This document shows positions 1 through 8,528 of a DNA stretch of 34,567 bases, piece by piece. Both the position numbers and the translations under genes were made by a program. A model generated the notes under the pieces. The model was not told the DNA's origin. It saw only the letters and a list, made by a program, of their open reading frames with translations, and made no database searches. The stretch's first letter is position 1. Every line of letters begins with the position of its first letter. Source of the stretch: Candidatus Rokuibacteriota bacterium (GTDB lineage Bacteria; JAUVQV01; DATDCY01); contig JANOHV010000027.1 of NCBI GenBank assembly GCA_031406795.1, positions 1 through 34,567 of the forward strand. The letters are read 5' to 3'.

Positions 1-1073
1 GTCGCGGCCAGCCCGGGTTCCCGCGCGAAGCGCATCAGGTGGCGCGCCAGCCCGGCGACATCCCCCTCCTCCGCCAGCAGGCCGGTTTCGCCGTCCTTCA
101 CCACCATCGCCATGTCCGCGTGGCGCGTGGCCACGCTCGCCATGCCGGAGGCGCCGAGTTCGATGCAGATGACCGGGTAACCGCCCTCGTGGTCGCCGTC
201 GCTCGCGTGCTTGGAGGGGTGCAGAAACACCTGGCAGCGGGCGGCCTGCTCCAGCAACCGGGGCATCGGCAGGCTGCCGAGAAACCGCATGCGCCCGCCG
301 AGCCCGGCCTCGGCGGCGGCCTCCTGGATGCGCCGCTTCTCCCGGCGCCCCTCCGGGTCGTCGGCAGCCGCGCCCACCACGACGAATTCCAGCGGCACTT
401 CCCTCGCGGCCAGTCCGACGGCGCGAATCGCATCGGGCAAGCCCTTTTTTTCGATGAAGCGGGCCGCCGCCAGGATGCGCAACGGCTCGCCCGGCAGCAG
501 CGCGCGTTCCCGGTAGCGGCAGAGTGAAAGATCGGCTCCGATCGGGATCATGCGAACCTTCTGCGGCGGGCAGCCGAGCTTGACCATCTCGCCGGCCATG
601 TAGTCCCCGAGGCAGACCACGGCCGCGGCGACATCGAACAGCTCGGCGTAACGGCGCCGCCACCGCTCCTCCCGCGGCATCATGCTCATGTCGCGGCCGT
701 AAAAGCTGACCACATACGGTTTGCCGGAGCACCGGGCAGCTTCCATGAAGCGCCAGGCATAGTGACCGAAGTGGCCATGCACAATGACGGGATCCACCTC
801 CCGGATGATCTCGGCGGCCAGCGTGCAGACGCGGCGAAGGTCGCGCGGGTCGCGCAGCAGGTTCGCGGCGTAGCGCGCGGGAAAGCGTCGGGAAAGCGAG
901 ACGAGGCGCTCAGCGGGGAACCGTTCCCGGGCCCCCGGTAGGAGTCGACGCGCGACCACATGGCTCTCGAACCCCGCCACGCTCAGTTGCGGATGAATCC
1001 AGGTCTGGCTGTAACTCAGGTATTCGTTGACGAGGTGCACCACGCGCCCTTCGGCAGACGCAGGGGGGGCCAT
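1..1073 (-). CDS. Glycosyltransferase family 4 (WcaL-like), 3' end runs off the window
   Basis: Absent from the ORF track because it has no stop in the window. Hand translation from ATG 1073: MAPPASAEGRVVHLVNEYLSYSQTWIHPQL...HGHFG...SFYGRD...AARFIEKKGLPDAIRA...FLHPS...GDHEGGYPVICIE...VKDGETGLL, which are GT4 motifs. Confidence 0.9.
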   Translation of the reverse strand, partial: MAPPASAEGRVVHLVNEYLSYSQTWIHPQLSVAGFESHVVARRLLPGARERFPAERLVSLSRRFPARYAANLLRDPRDLRRVCTLAAEIIREVDPVIVHGHFGHYAWRFMEAARCSGKPYVVSFYGRDMSMMPREERWRRRYAELFDVAAAVVCLGDYMAGEMVKLGCPPQKVRMIPIGADLSLCRYRERALLPGEPLRILAAARFIEKKGLPDAIRAVGLAAREVPLEFVVVGAAADDPEGRREKRRIQEAAAEAGLGGRMRFLGSLPMPRLLEQAARCQVFLHPSKHASDGDHEGGYPVICIELGASGMASVATRHADMAMVVKDGETGLLAEEGDVAGLARHLMRFAREPGLAA

Positions 1074-1091
1074 GTCGCGCTGCACCCTCGT

Positions 1092-2237
1092 TCAGGCGTT
1101 TTCGCGCGCGCCGAGAAAACCCAGGATCTCCCGGCAGACACGCTGGCACTGCTCCTCGCGCAGTTGCGGGTAGAGCGGCAGGCTCAGAATCCGCCGGGCG
1201 ATCCGCTCGGTCTGCGGGAGGGGGACCACCGGGGGCAGGCGGCCCTGGTACGCCGGCTGCATGTGCACGGGCACCGGATAATGGACGAGCGTGCCGATCC
1301 CCGCCTGCCGGAGGCCGGCTCTGAGTTCGTCGCGCCGCGGCAGGCAGACGGCATACTGGTGAAACACGTGCGTGGCGTCGGGTCGCTCCTCGGGCAGGGT
1401 CAGGCCCGCGTCGGCAAGATGCGCGGTGTAGGTGCGCGCCAGCGCGCGGCGGCTCTCGTTCTCTCGGTCGAGGTGAGGGAGCTTGACCTTGAGGATCGCG
1501 GCCTGCAGCTCGTCCAGCCGGGAATTTCCTCCGGGAATGTCGCTGACGTACCGCTCCCGCCAGCCATACTGCCGGAGCAGGCGCAACCGCTCGGCCAGCC
1601 CGGCGTCGTCGGTCACCACCATCCCCCCGTCGCCCATGGCGCCCAGGTTTTTCGTGGGGTAGAAGCTGAAAGCCGCCAGGTCGCCCCAGGTACCGACCAT
1701 CCGGCCCGAGAGGCTCGCGCCGTGCGCCTGCGCGCAGTCTTCGATCACGGTCAGCCCGCGGCTGCGCGTCAGCTCCAGAATCGCCGGCAGGTCCGCCGGC
1801 TGGCCGTAGAGATGAACCGGGATGACCGCTTTGGGAGTGCCGGCCGGCGGATGCGCCAGGGCCCGCATCAGGGATTCGGGATCCATCGTGTAGGTAACGG
1901 GGTCGACATCCACCAGCACCGGCGTCGCACCGGCCAGCTCGATCGCCGCGACCGTCGCCACGGCGGTGTGCGAGACCGTGAACACGAGATCCCCCGGCCC
2001 CGCGCCGCAGGCCCGCAGCGCCAGCTCCAGCGCATCGGTCCCGTTGCCCGCGCCGATGGCGTGGCGCACCCCGAGATACGCGGCAAACGCCTGTTCGAAC
2101 GACTCCAGCTCCTGACCCTGAATGTACCAGCCGCTCTCCAGCACCCGGCGGATCGCGGCGTCGATCTCGGCCTGGTGGCTCAGGTACCCCGCCCGGGGGT
2201 CGGTTTGGAGCACGGGGGCAGGCTGCTTCCCGCTCAC
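1092..2237 (-). CDS. DegT/DnrJ/EryC1/StrS sugar aminotransferase
   Basis: Motifs NGTDAL, PVHLYGQPAD, EDCAQAHG, SFYPTKNLGAMGDGG, NSRLDELQAA. GTG start overlaps the upstream TGA (GTGA at 2234-2237). Confidence 0.93.
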   Translation of the reverse strand: MSGKQPAPVLQTDPRAGYLSHQAEIDAAIRRVLESGWYIQGQELESFEQAFAAYLGVRHAIGAGNGTDALELALRACGAGPGDLVFTVSHTAVATVAAIELAGATPVLVDVDPVTYTMDPESLMRALAHPPAGTPKAVIPVHLYGQPADLPAILELTRSRGLTVIEDCAQAHGASLSGRMVGTWGDLAAFSFYPTKNLGAMGDGGMVVTDDAGLAERLRLLRQYGWRERYVSDIPGGNSRLDELQAAILKVKLPHLDRENESRRALARTYTAHLADAGLTLPEERPDATHVFHQYAVCLPRRDELRAGLRQAGIGTLVHYPVPVHMQPAYQGRLPPVVPLPQTERIARRILSLPLYPQLREEQCQRVCREILGFLGARENA

Positions 2238-3223
2238 CGGTAGTTCTCCAGGTTGTCGCGATAGTACGCCAGCGTGCGCGCCAGTCCCTCTGCCAGATGC
2301 ACCCGGGGCTCCCAGCCCAGTTCGGAACGGATGCGGCGGTCGTCGGCGTAATAATCGCCGATGTCGATGCGCTTGCGGTCGGCCGGGAATTCCCGCGCCT
2401 GACACGCGCCACTCCCGTTGGCCGCGATCAGCGCGCCGGCCAGCTGCTGCAGGCTGACCACCTCGCAGCCGCCGAGATTGAAGACCTGGCCGTTGGCTTC
2501 CTCCCGCACGGCTGCCAGCAGGAACGCCTCCACGGCGTCGTCGACGTAGGTGAAATCCCGCAACTGCCCGCCGCCCCAGACCTCGAAGGGCCGGCCCTCG
2601 AGCAGCAGCCTGACCCAAATGCCGAGGAAAGTCTGGCGGGCGTCCTTGACCCGCATGCGCGGGCCGTAGGTATTGGTCAGGCGCAGCGCGCAGGCCCGGA
2701 TCCCGTGGACGTTGTTGTAGAGGATGTGGTACCACTCCCCCGCCATCTTGTTGATCCCGTTGACGTCGGTCGGGCGCAGCAGGTGCTTTTCGTCGACCGG
2801 CAGATAATCCGGCTTCCCGTAGATCTGGCGGGTGCTGGCGAAGACGATCTTGATCTGCGGGTTGTACTGCCGGCAGGCTTCCAGGATGGCCAGCTGCGCC
2901 CGGCAGTTGATCTCCAGATCTTCCTCCGGGGCCTGCATCGAGTCCATGTGGCTCGTCTGTCCGGCCAGGTTGAAGAGATAGTCCTGTCCCTGAATCAGGT
3001 ATTTCATGCTGTGCGGGTCGCGCACGTCCGAGATGTTCACCCGCACCTTCTCCTCGATGCCGGCGATGTTGAACAGGTTGCCCCCGTATTCGGGTATCAG
3101 GCTGTCCACCAGGGTGACCCGCGCCTCTTCGGCGACCAGCTGCCGCGCCAGATTCGATCCGAGAAAGCCGAGGCCGCCGGTGACCAGAACGTTTTTCCCG
3201 CTGAAATTCCTCTTGCAGCTCAT
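2234..3223 (-). CDS. NAD-dependent epimerase/dehydratase (extended SDR)
   Basis: TGGLGFLG Rossmann motif, NLAG, NTYGPR and RDFTYVDD. The catalytic YxxxK appears as NGINK. Confidence 0.92.
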   Translation of the reverse strand: MSCKRNFSGKNVLVTGGLGFLGSNLARQLVAEEARVTLVDSLIPEYGGNLFNIAGIEEKVRVNISDVRDPHSMKYLIQGQDYLFNLAGQTSHMDSMQAPEEDLEINCRAQLAILEACRQYNPQIKIVFASTRQIYGKPDYLPVDEKHLLRPTDVNGINKMAGEWYHILYNNVHGIRACALRLTNTYGPRMRVKDARQTFLGIWVRLLLEGRPFEVWGGGQLRDFTYVDDAVEAFLLAAVREEANGQVFNLGGCEVVSLQQLAGALIAANGSGACQAREFPADRKRIDIGDYYADDRRIRSELGWEPRVHLAEGLARTLAYYRDNLENYR

Positions 3224-3326
3224 GGCGGGAAAGGTGTCCGGCTCAACGGATTCTCCTTATGCGGCACGAACGCCCCCGTCCCGGCCGCGCTGCCCCGCGA
3301 AGGCGCATCCGCCGGCGGCGGCGATG

Positions 3327-3355
3327 ATTCTTGATGTGGCGCCGTTGTTTGTCAA
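3327..3355 (-). promoter_or_regulatory. Putative sigma70 promoter for the epimerase operon
   Basis: TTGACA-17 nt-AAGAAT on the minus strand, about 100 nt upstream of ATG 3223. Confidence 0.45.
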
Positions 3356-3371
3356 GGCGCCCTCCGCCGCT

Positions 3372-4358
3372 TCAGCGCGCCGTGCGCCGCTTGATCTCCA
3401 TCAGGACCAGTGCCGCGCCGACGAACATGAGCTTCCTGATTCTCCGGATCAGACCCAGGCTGAGGCCGATCGCGGCGGGGTAGCCCATGTTCTGCAGCAC
3501 GAGCACGTGAACGCTCTCCGTCACGCCCCACTGGCCGGGGAACAGGAAGAAGGCGGTGTTCGCCGACGTGACGATCGTGGCGATGAACAGGGCCTGGATA
3601 TAGCTGACGGGCGTGCCGAGGACCGCCAGGATGACCATCACCTCGAGCACGGCGACACACCGGGCGAGCACGTGGATGGCGACGGGCAGCAGCGCCCGGT
3701 AGTTGGAGCGGGTATAAAGAATGCACAGGCTCTGATCCATCGCCAGGAACTTGCTTTCTCGTTTCAGGACCCAGCGGCGGGCGGCGGGGAACGGCGCGCT
3801 GAGTTTCAACAGGCTCCCGGTCAGCCCGCGCTTCTGGACGACCACCAGCAGGACGATCCCCAGCGTCGTGATCCCCAGGCTGATGCCGGCCGGCACGATG
3901 AGGGTCACGGGAAGCCGCAGCGAGAGCAGGCCCAGGAGCAGCCCGCTGCCGAGAAAGACGATCGACGCGAAGAACTCGATCGTCTTGTCGAAGACGACGG
4001 CCGGGACGCCCACGCTCAGGGGCACCCGATCCCTGATCAGGAACGCCCGCATCGCGTCTCCGCCGAGACTCGCCGACGGCAGGATCAGATTGAAGGCGTC
4101 GCTGATGATCTTGACGCGAAAGAGCTCCAACAGCGCAACCCGCTGGAAGAAGGCTTCCATGATCAGCCACCAGGCGCCCGCCTGGCAGAACAGACTGGCG
4201 GCGCCGATCACGCACAGGGGCAGATACCAGGGTCCGAACTGCACGATCGTCGCGCCCAGCGTGCGCAGCCCCAGGCGGTGAACCAGATACGCGAGCAGCA
4301 GGATGCCGACCACGGTAAGAACGTGCCCGAGCCGTTTGCGCCCCCCCGTCTGCGTCAT
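3372..4358 (-). CDS. Lysylphosphatidylglycerol synthase TM / flippase-like membrane protein
   Basis: Multi-TM protein with FNLILPSASLGGDAMRA, FDK and FPGQWGVTE motifs typical of LPG_synthase_TM. Confidence 0.85.
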   Translation of the reverse strand: MTQTGGRKRLGHVLTVVGILLLAYLVHRLGLRTLGATIVQFGPWYLPLCVIGAASLFCQAGAWWLIMEAFFQRVALLELFRVKIISDAFNLILPSASLGGDAMRAFLIRDRVPLSVGVPAVVFDKTIEFFASIVFLGSGLLLGLLSLRLPVTLIVPAGISLGITTLGIVLLVVVQKRGLTGSLLKLSAPFPAARRWVLKRESKFLAMDQSLCILYTRSNYRALLPVAIHVLARCVAVLEVMVILAVLGTPVSYIQALFIATIVTSANTAFFLFPGQWGVTESVHVLVLQNMGYPAAIGLSLGLIRRIRKLMFVGAALVLMEIKRRTAR

Positions 4359-4673
4359 GGAACCGGCATCCTTATCATGAATTTTTCAGCACCCTGTCGG
4401 TTTCGGGAAGCACCGGGGGGGGAAACATCGATCCTCATGTCGTCACGGCGCGCATTGATAGCACCCGGGCCGGCGATCTGTCAAACCCTCGATGCCTGCT
4501 GTTCTGCTGGATCCGGCGCCGGAAACCTTGACGACGGGGCCGCCGCCCCCCATGATGAGGCGCATGAATAGGGCAATGGGCCATCGTGGCTGCGGCAGCG
4601 CGCACGGCGTGCGCAACGCCGACCGCGCACCGCGGGCGGCTGGCTGCGGCAATTCCGGACGGCCAGCCGGATC

Positions 4674-4973
4674 ATGATCCGCAAAACCGCCCGGAACATC
4701 ACGGCGACGCTCTGCCTGCTGGTCGGCATCGCGGGTCTTTTCCTGCCGTTCATCCAGGGGATTGCGATGATCGTCCTCGCGGTGGTCATCGCCGATTTCG
4801 CGGCCAAGGAGCGGCTGCTCGAGCGCTACCGCCACACCCGGATCGGCCGGCATCTCTGGGAGCGCCACGAAGCGCGCAAGCTGCGCGATGCGGTCCGGCG
4901 CGGCTGCGCCCCGAAGCCGGAACCGCAGCCAGTGCCGCCGGCGATCCTGGAGTCGGGTCCGACCGAGGAGTAG
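4674..4973 (+). CDS. Small membrane protein (PGPGW-like hairpin)
   Basis: LLVGIAGLFLPFIQGIAMIVLA hydrophobic hairpin; coding-like codon use. Confidence 0.65.
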   Translation: MIRKTARNITATLCLLVGIAGLFLPFIQGIAMIVLAVVIADFAAKERLLERYRHTRIGRHLWERHEARKLRDAVRRGCAPKPEPQPVPPAILESGPTEE

Positions 4974-5106
4974 GCGATCGAACTGCGGCAGAAGGAGCCC
5001 GGCATTCTCGAGGAACTCCTCGACGACTATTTGATCAGCTCGAAAATGCGGGGGTAGCGGACGGTACACCCCCCCGGCCGCCCCCGCTTCCCCGCGGCCG
5101 GCCGCC

Positions 5107-5559
5107 TCAGTTGAAGGTCACCGTGTGAGCGTGGAGCGCGGCTGTCGACGTCGCGACCGAAACCGCGGTGCCGGCGGCAATCGCCGCAACCTCCGCGGCG
5201 GTGAGGCTCAAGAGATGAAAGTGCGGTTGCGCGCCGGTGGTGGACAGCGTGACAGCCGCGCCGGCCTGCTGTTGAGCCGCCGTCAACGTGACGGAATGCG
5301 GCGGAACGTGATTCAGGGAGATGCTGCCCTGCTTGTCGGTGAAAGACGGCGTCGGTGTTGGCGTTGGGGTCGGTGCCGGGGTCGGTGAGGGCGTCGGCGA
5401 GGGAGTCGGGTCCGGCGTCGGCTCCGGGGTCGGCTCCGGGGTCGGCTCCGTGGTGGTGTCCGACGAACCCGAACACCCGTGAAGGACCAGGATTGCCCCC
5501 AGCGTCACCCCGCTGACCGCGAACGAGAGAAATTTTCTTCGATCCATGTTCTCGGACAT
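5107..5559 (-). CDS. Tat-exported lipoprotein with Pro/Thr linker and His-rich C-terminal domain
   Basis: RBS AGGAGG, twin-arginine motif DRRKFL, lipobox LHGC, (PT)n linker, His clusters NHVPPH, HFH and HAH. Confidence 0.85.
   Translation of the reverse strand: MSENMDRRKFLSFAVSGVTLGAILVLHGCSGSSDTTTEPTPEPTPEPTPDPTPSPTPSPTPAPTPTPTPTPSFTDKQGSISLNHVPPHSVTLTAAQQQAGAAVTLSTTGAQPHFHLLSLTAAEVAAIAAGTAVSVATSTAALHAHTVTFN
5348..5450 (-). repeat. Coding 12-bp-period repeat (xPTP linker)
   Basis: GTCGGCTCCGGG-type units on + encode EPTP/SPTP on -. Confidence 0.85.
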
Positions 5560-5641
5560 CTCCAACCCTCCTGTTGCCGCGAACGCCGACGGGACCACGG
5601 CGCTTCCTGTCATTTCCTGGCCGGAACCCGGGACGGACTTC

Positions 5642-5669
5642 AGTATAAGACCTCAGGGACGCAATGCAA
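5642..5669 (-). promoter_or_regulatory. Putative sigma70 promoter for the Tat lipoprotein
   Basis: TTGCAT-16 nt-TATACT on the minus strand in the divergent intergenic region. Confidence 0.5.
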
Positions 5670-5792
5670 CATCCGGTCCCCGATCACGGCCCGGCGCCTT
5701 GGGACCCGCTTGACAAGCCGCCGCCTTGGCTCTACCTATCATACGGGTGCGCGGGTCGCGCGCCATGGGCGAATCCGAAGGGAGGCTGACAC

Positions 5793-6128
5793 ATGGCCGA
5801 GGTAGCGAGGATCACGCCACAGGAGGCGCACGCCCGGGTGAGCGCGGGGAAGGCCCTGCTGGTCTGCGCCTACGAGGACCCGGCGCGGTTCGCCGAGATG
5901 CGCCTGGAGGGCGCGATCCCGATCCAGGAATTCCGCGCCCGCCGCGGCGGGCTTCCCCGGGATCAGGAGATCATCTTCTACTGCGCCTGAAACGAAGAAG
6001 CGACGTCCGCCGGTCAGGCGGCCAAGAACATCCTGCTCGGGTTCCCGAACTCGAAGGCCCTTCTGGGCGGCGCGCGGGCCTGGAAGGAGGCCGGGTTCGG
6101 CCTCGCGGAACCCGCCGTCGCCTCCTGA
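5793..6128 (+). CDS. Rhodanese-like selenoprotein (active-site CxU, UGA at 5988-5990 read as Sec)
   Basis: RBS GGAGG. EIIFYCA-TGA continues in frame as NEEATSAGQAAKNILLGFPNSKALLGGARAWKEAGF, completing the rhodanese LxGGxxAW motif. A SECIS-like hairpin lies just downstream of the UGA. Confidence 0.88.
6005..6022 (+). promoter_or_regulatory. Candidate bacterial SECIS element
   Basis: Stem CCGCC (6007-6011) / GGCGG (6017-6021) with a G-starting loop GGTCA, 21 nt after the UGA. Confidence 0.7.
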
Positions 6129-6150
6129 GACGCGAAACGGGGGAATCACG

Positions 6151-8214
6151 ATGCCCAGGGACATTCCCATCGGCAACGGCGCGCTCTACGCGTGCTTCGA
6201 CGCGGAGTACGCGCTCTGCGACCTGTTCTTCCCGCACGTCGGGCAGGAGAGCCACCTCGGCGGCCGCCCTTCGCGCATCGGCGTGTGGGTCGACGGCGCT
6301 TTCGCCTGGGTCGGCGCGGCGTGGAAGCGCGACCTCGGCTACCTGCCACAGACGCTCGTGACCGACGTGAACCTCTACCACGAGGGGCTCGGCCTGCTCC
6401 TCGGCGTCCACGATGCCGTGGACTTCCACGAGAACGTCCTGCTGCGCGAGGTCACCGTCGAAAACCTGCACCCCGAGCGGCGGGAAGTGCGCCTCTTCTT
6501 CTGCCAGAATTTCAGCATCTCGGGGAACGATGTCGGCGACACCGCCGCGTTCGATCCGGCGAGCGGCGGGATCGTGCACTACAAGGGGGCGCACTATTTC
6601 CTCGCGAGCGGCTTCGGGCCCGACGGCGGCGCTCCGGCGCAGTACGCGGTGGGCCAGAAGGGGAGTCAGGGCAAGGAGGGCACCTGGCGCGACGCCGAAG
6701 ACGGCCTGCTCTCGGGCAACCCCATCGCGCAGGGCTCGGTGGACTCCGTCCTCGGGTTCGCCCTCGTCCTCGAGGGGCACGCGACCGGGACGGTCCACTC
6801 CTGGATCGCGGCCGGCGAGACCTGGGACAAGGTGCGGGCCCTCGACGGCCTCGTGCGGGCCAAGCACCCGCATTCCCTCATCACGCGCACCGCGGACTAT
6901 TGGCGACTCTGGGTGCGCAAGGAGCCGCTCCCGAGCGAGGGATTCCCCGCGGCGGTGACCGAGCTGTACGCACGCAGCCTGCTCATTCTGCGGCTGCACT
7001 GCGACTGGCAGGGAGGGATCGTCGCGGCGAACGATTCGGACGTCGTGCAATACAACCGCGACACCTACTCGTACGTCTGGCCGCGGGACGGAGCCCTCGC
7101 CGCCCAGGCTTTCGACAGCGCCGGCTATCCCTTCAGCTCGCAGAAATTCTACGAGTTCGCCGCCCGCGCGATCAGCCGCGAGGGCTACCTCCTGCACAAG
7201 TACAACCCGGACGGGACGCTCGCCTCCTCCTGGCATCCCTGGTTCGACCGGGGGCGGGCCCAGCTGCCGATCCAGGAGGACGGTACGGCGCTCGTCCTCT
7301 GGGCGCTCTGGCAGCACTTCGTGCGCTACCGGGACATCGACTTCATCAAGCCGCTCTACAAGCCCCTCGTCAAGACTGCGGCGGACTTCCTCTGCTCCTA
7401 CCTCGACCCGGCGACCGGGCTGCCCGCGCCCTCTTACGACCTCTGGGAGGAGCGGCGAGGGGCGTTCAGCTTCACCGTCGGCGCCGTCTTCGGCGGCCTC
7501 ACGGCCGCGGCGCTGTTCTGCAAGGTCTTCGGCGAGACCAAGCGGGAGCAGCGCTATTTCCAATGCGCCACGGCGATCCGCGAAGCGGCGTCGAAGCACC
7601 TCTGGCGCGAGGAGCTCGGGCGCTTCTGCCGGGGGATCGGGGTGACCGACGGCGCCGAGATTGCGGTCGATGCGACGCTCGACGCGAGCCTCTGGGGGCT
7701 TTTCGCCTTCGGGCTCTACCGGGCCGACGACCAGCGCGTGCAAGCCACGATGCGGGCCTTGCGCGAGGGGCTCTGGGTGCGCGGTGAGATCGGGGGGATG
7801 GCGCGCTACCAAGGCGATGTCTACCACCGGGCGCTCGACGATATCCCGGGCAACCCCTGGATGATCTGCACCCTCTGGTACGCGGACTGGCTCGCGGAGA
7901 ACGCCGACTCCGAGGCGAAGCTCGCGGAGGCCGTTTCGGTGCTGGAGTGGGTGCAGCGCCACGCGCTTCCCTCGGGCGTCCTTCCGGAGCAAATCGACCC
8001 CGGCACCGGCAAGCCGCTCTCCGTCGCGCCGCTCGCCTGGAGCCACGCGACCTACATCGCCACCGTCCAGCGGCTGGAGCGGCGTCGCGCGGCCCTGCGC
8101 GCCTGCCCCACCTGCGGGCTGGACGAGCTCGCGCTTGTCGGCAAGGACGACTGGCTGGGCCGGCTGTACACCCAGATGTGCAAGGAGATCCACGATGCCT
8201 GCAAGTCAGGGTGA
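6151..8214 (+). CDS. Glycoside hydrolase family 15 (glucoamylase-like)
   Basis: YSYVWPRDG, IQEDGTA, SYDLWEER and LPEQID...PLAWSHA motifs. Confidence 0.93.
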   Translation: MPRDIPIGNGALYACFDAEYALCDLFFPHVGQESHLGGRPSRIGVWVDGAFAWVGAAWKRDLGYLPQTLVTDVNLYHEGLGLLLGVHDAVDFHENVLLREVTVENLHPERREVRLFFCQNFSISGNDVGDTAAFDPASGGIVHYKGAHYFLASGFGPDGGAPAQYAVGQKGSQGKEGTWRDAEDGLLSGNPIAQGSVDSVLGFALVLEGHATGTVHSWIAAGETWDKVRALDGLVRAKHPHSLITRTADYWRLWVRKEPLPSEGFPAAVTELYARSLLILRLHCDWQGGIVAANDSDVVQYNRDTYSYVWPRDGALAAQAFDSAGYPFSSQKFYEFAARAISREGYLLHKYNPDGTLASSWHPWFDRGRAQLPIQEDGTALVLWALWQHFVRYRDIDFIKPLYKPLVKTAADFLCSYLDPATGLPAPSYDLWEERRGAFSFTVGAVFGGLTAAALFCKVFGETKREQRYFQCATAIREAASKHLWREELGRFCRGIGVTDGAEIAVDATLDASLWGLFAFGLYRADDQRVQATMRALREGLWVRGEIGGMARYQGDVYHRALDDIPGNPWMICTLWYADWLAENADSEAKLAEAVSVLEWVQRHALPSGVLPEQIDPGTGKPLSVAPLAWSHATYIATVQRLERRRAALRACPTCGLDELALVGKDDWLGRLYTQMCKEIHDACKSG

Positions 8215-8482
8215 GCCAGGGCCGCGCCGGCCGCGCGGCGACGACCGCCCCTTCTGGGATCTGGTGGCGGGGATTTACGGCGCCGAGGCCGTCCTCGTCG
8301 CCCACGATCTGAAGCTCTTCCCGCTGCTGGCGCGCGGAACGCTCACGCTCGAGGAGATTTGCGGCGCCCTGAAAATCGCGCGCCGGCCCGCCGCCGCGGT
8401 CGCGGCGGGGGCAGGCTTCGTGAGCATCGAAGTGCTGCCGACCTTCGGGTACTGGGGCGTCGTCACCGGCCACAAACCCTGA
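8195..8482 (+). pseudogene. Internally deleted O-methyltransferase remnant
   Basis: RBS AAGGAG. A dimerisation-domain-like N-terminus (AVLVAHDLKLFPLL...TLEEICGALKIARRPA) joins directly to a C-terminal AGFVSIEV...VVTGHKP; no SAM-binding core. Confidence 0.65.
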
Positions 8483-8528
8483 CGGCGCCTGCGCCTGCAA
8501 GCCGCCGACACCGCAAGGAGGACCTTTG

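Noticed and set aside
5971-8193. Long antisense or alternate-frame ORFs (e.g. 5971-8193, 20836-22800, 23622-25193, 10087-11682)
   Set aside because: Typical high-GC shadows of well-supported genes; no motifs of their own.
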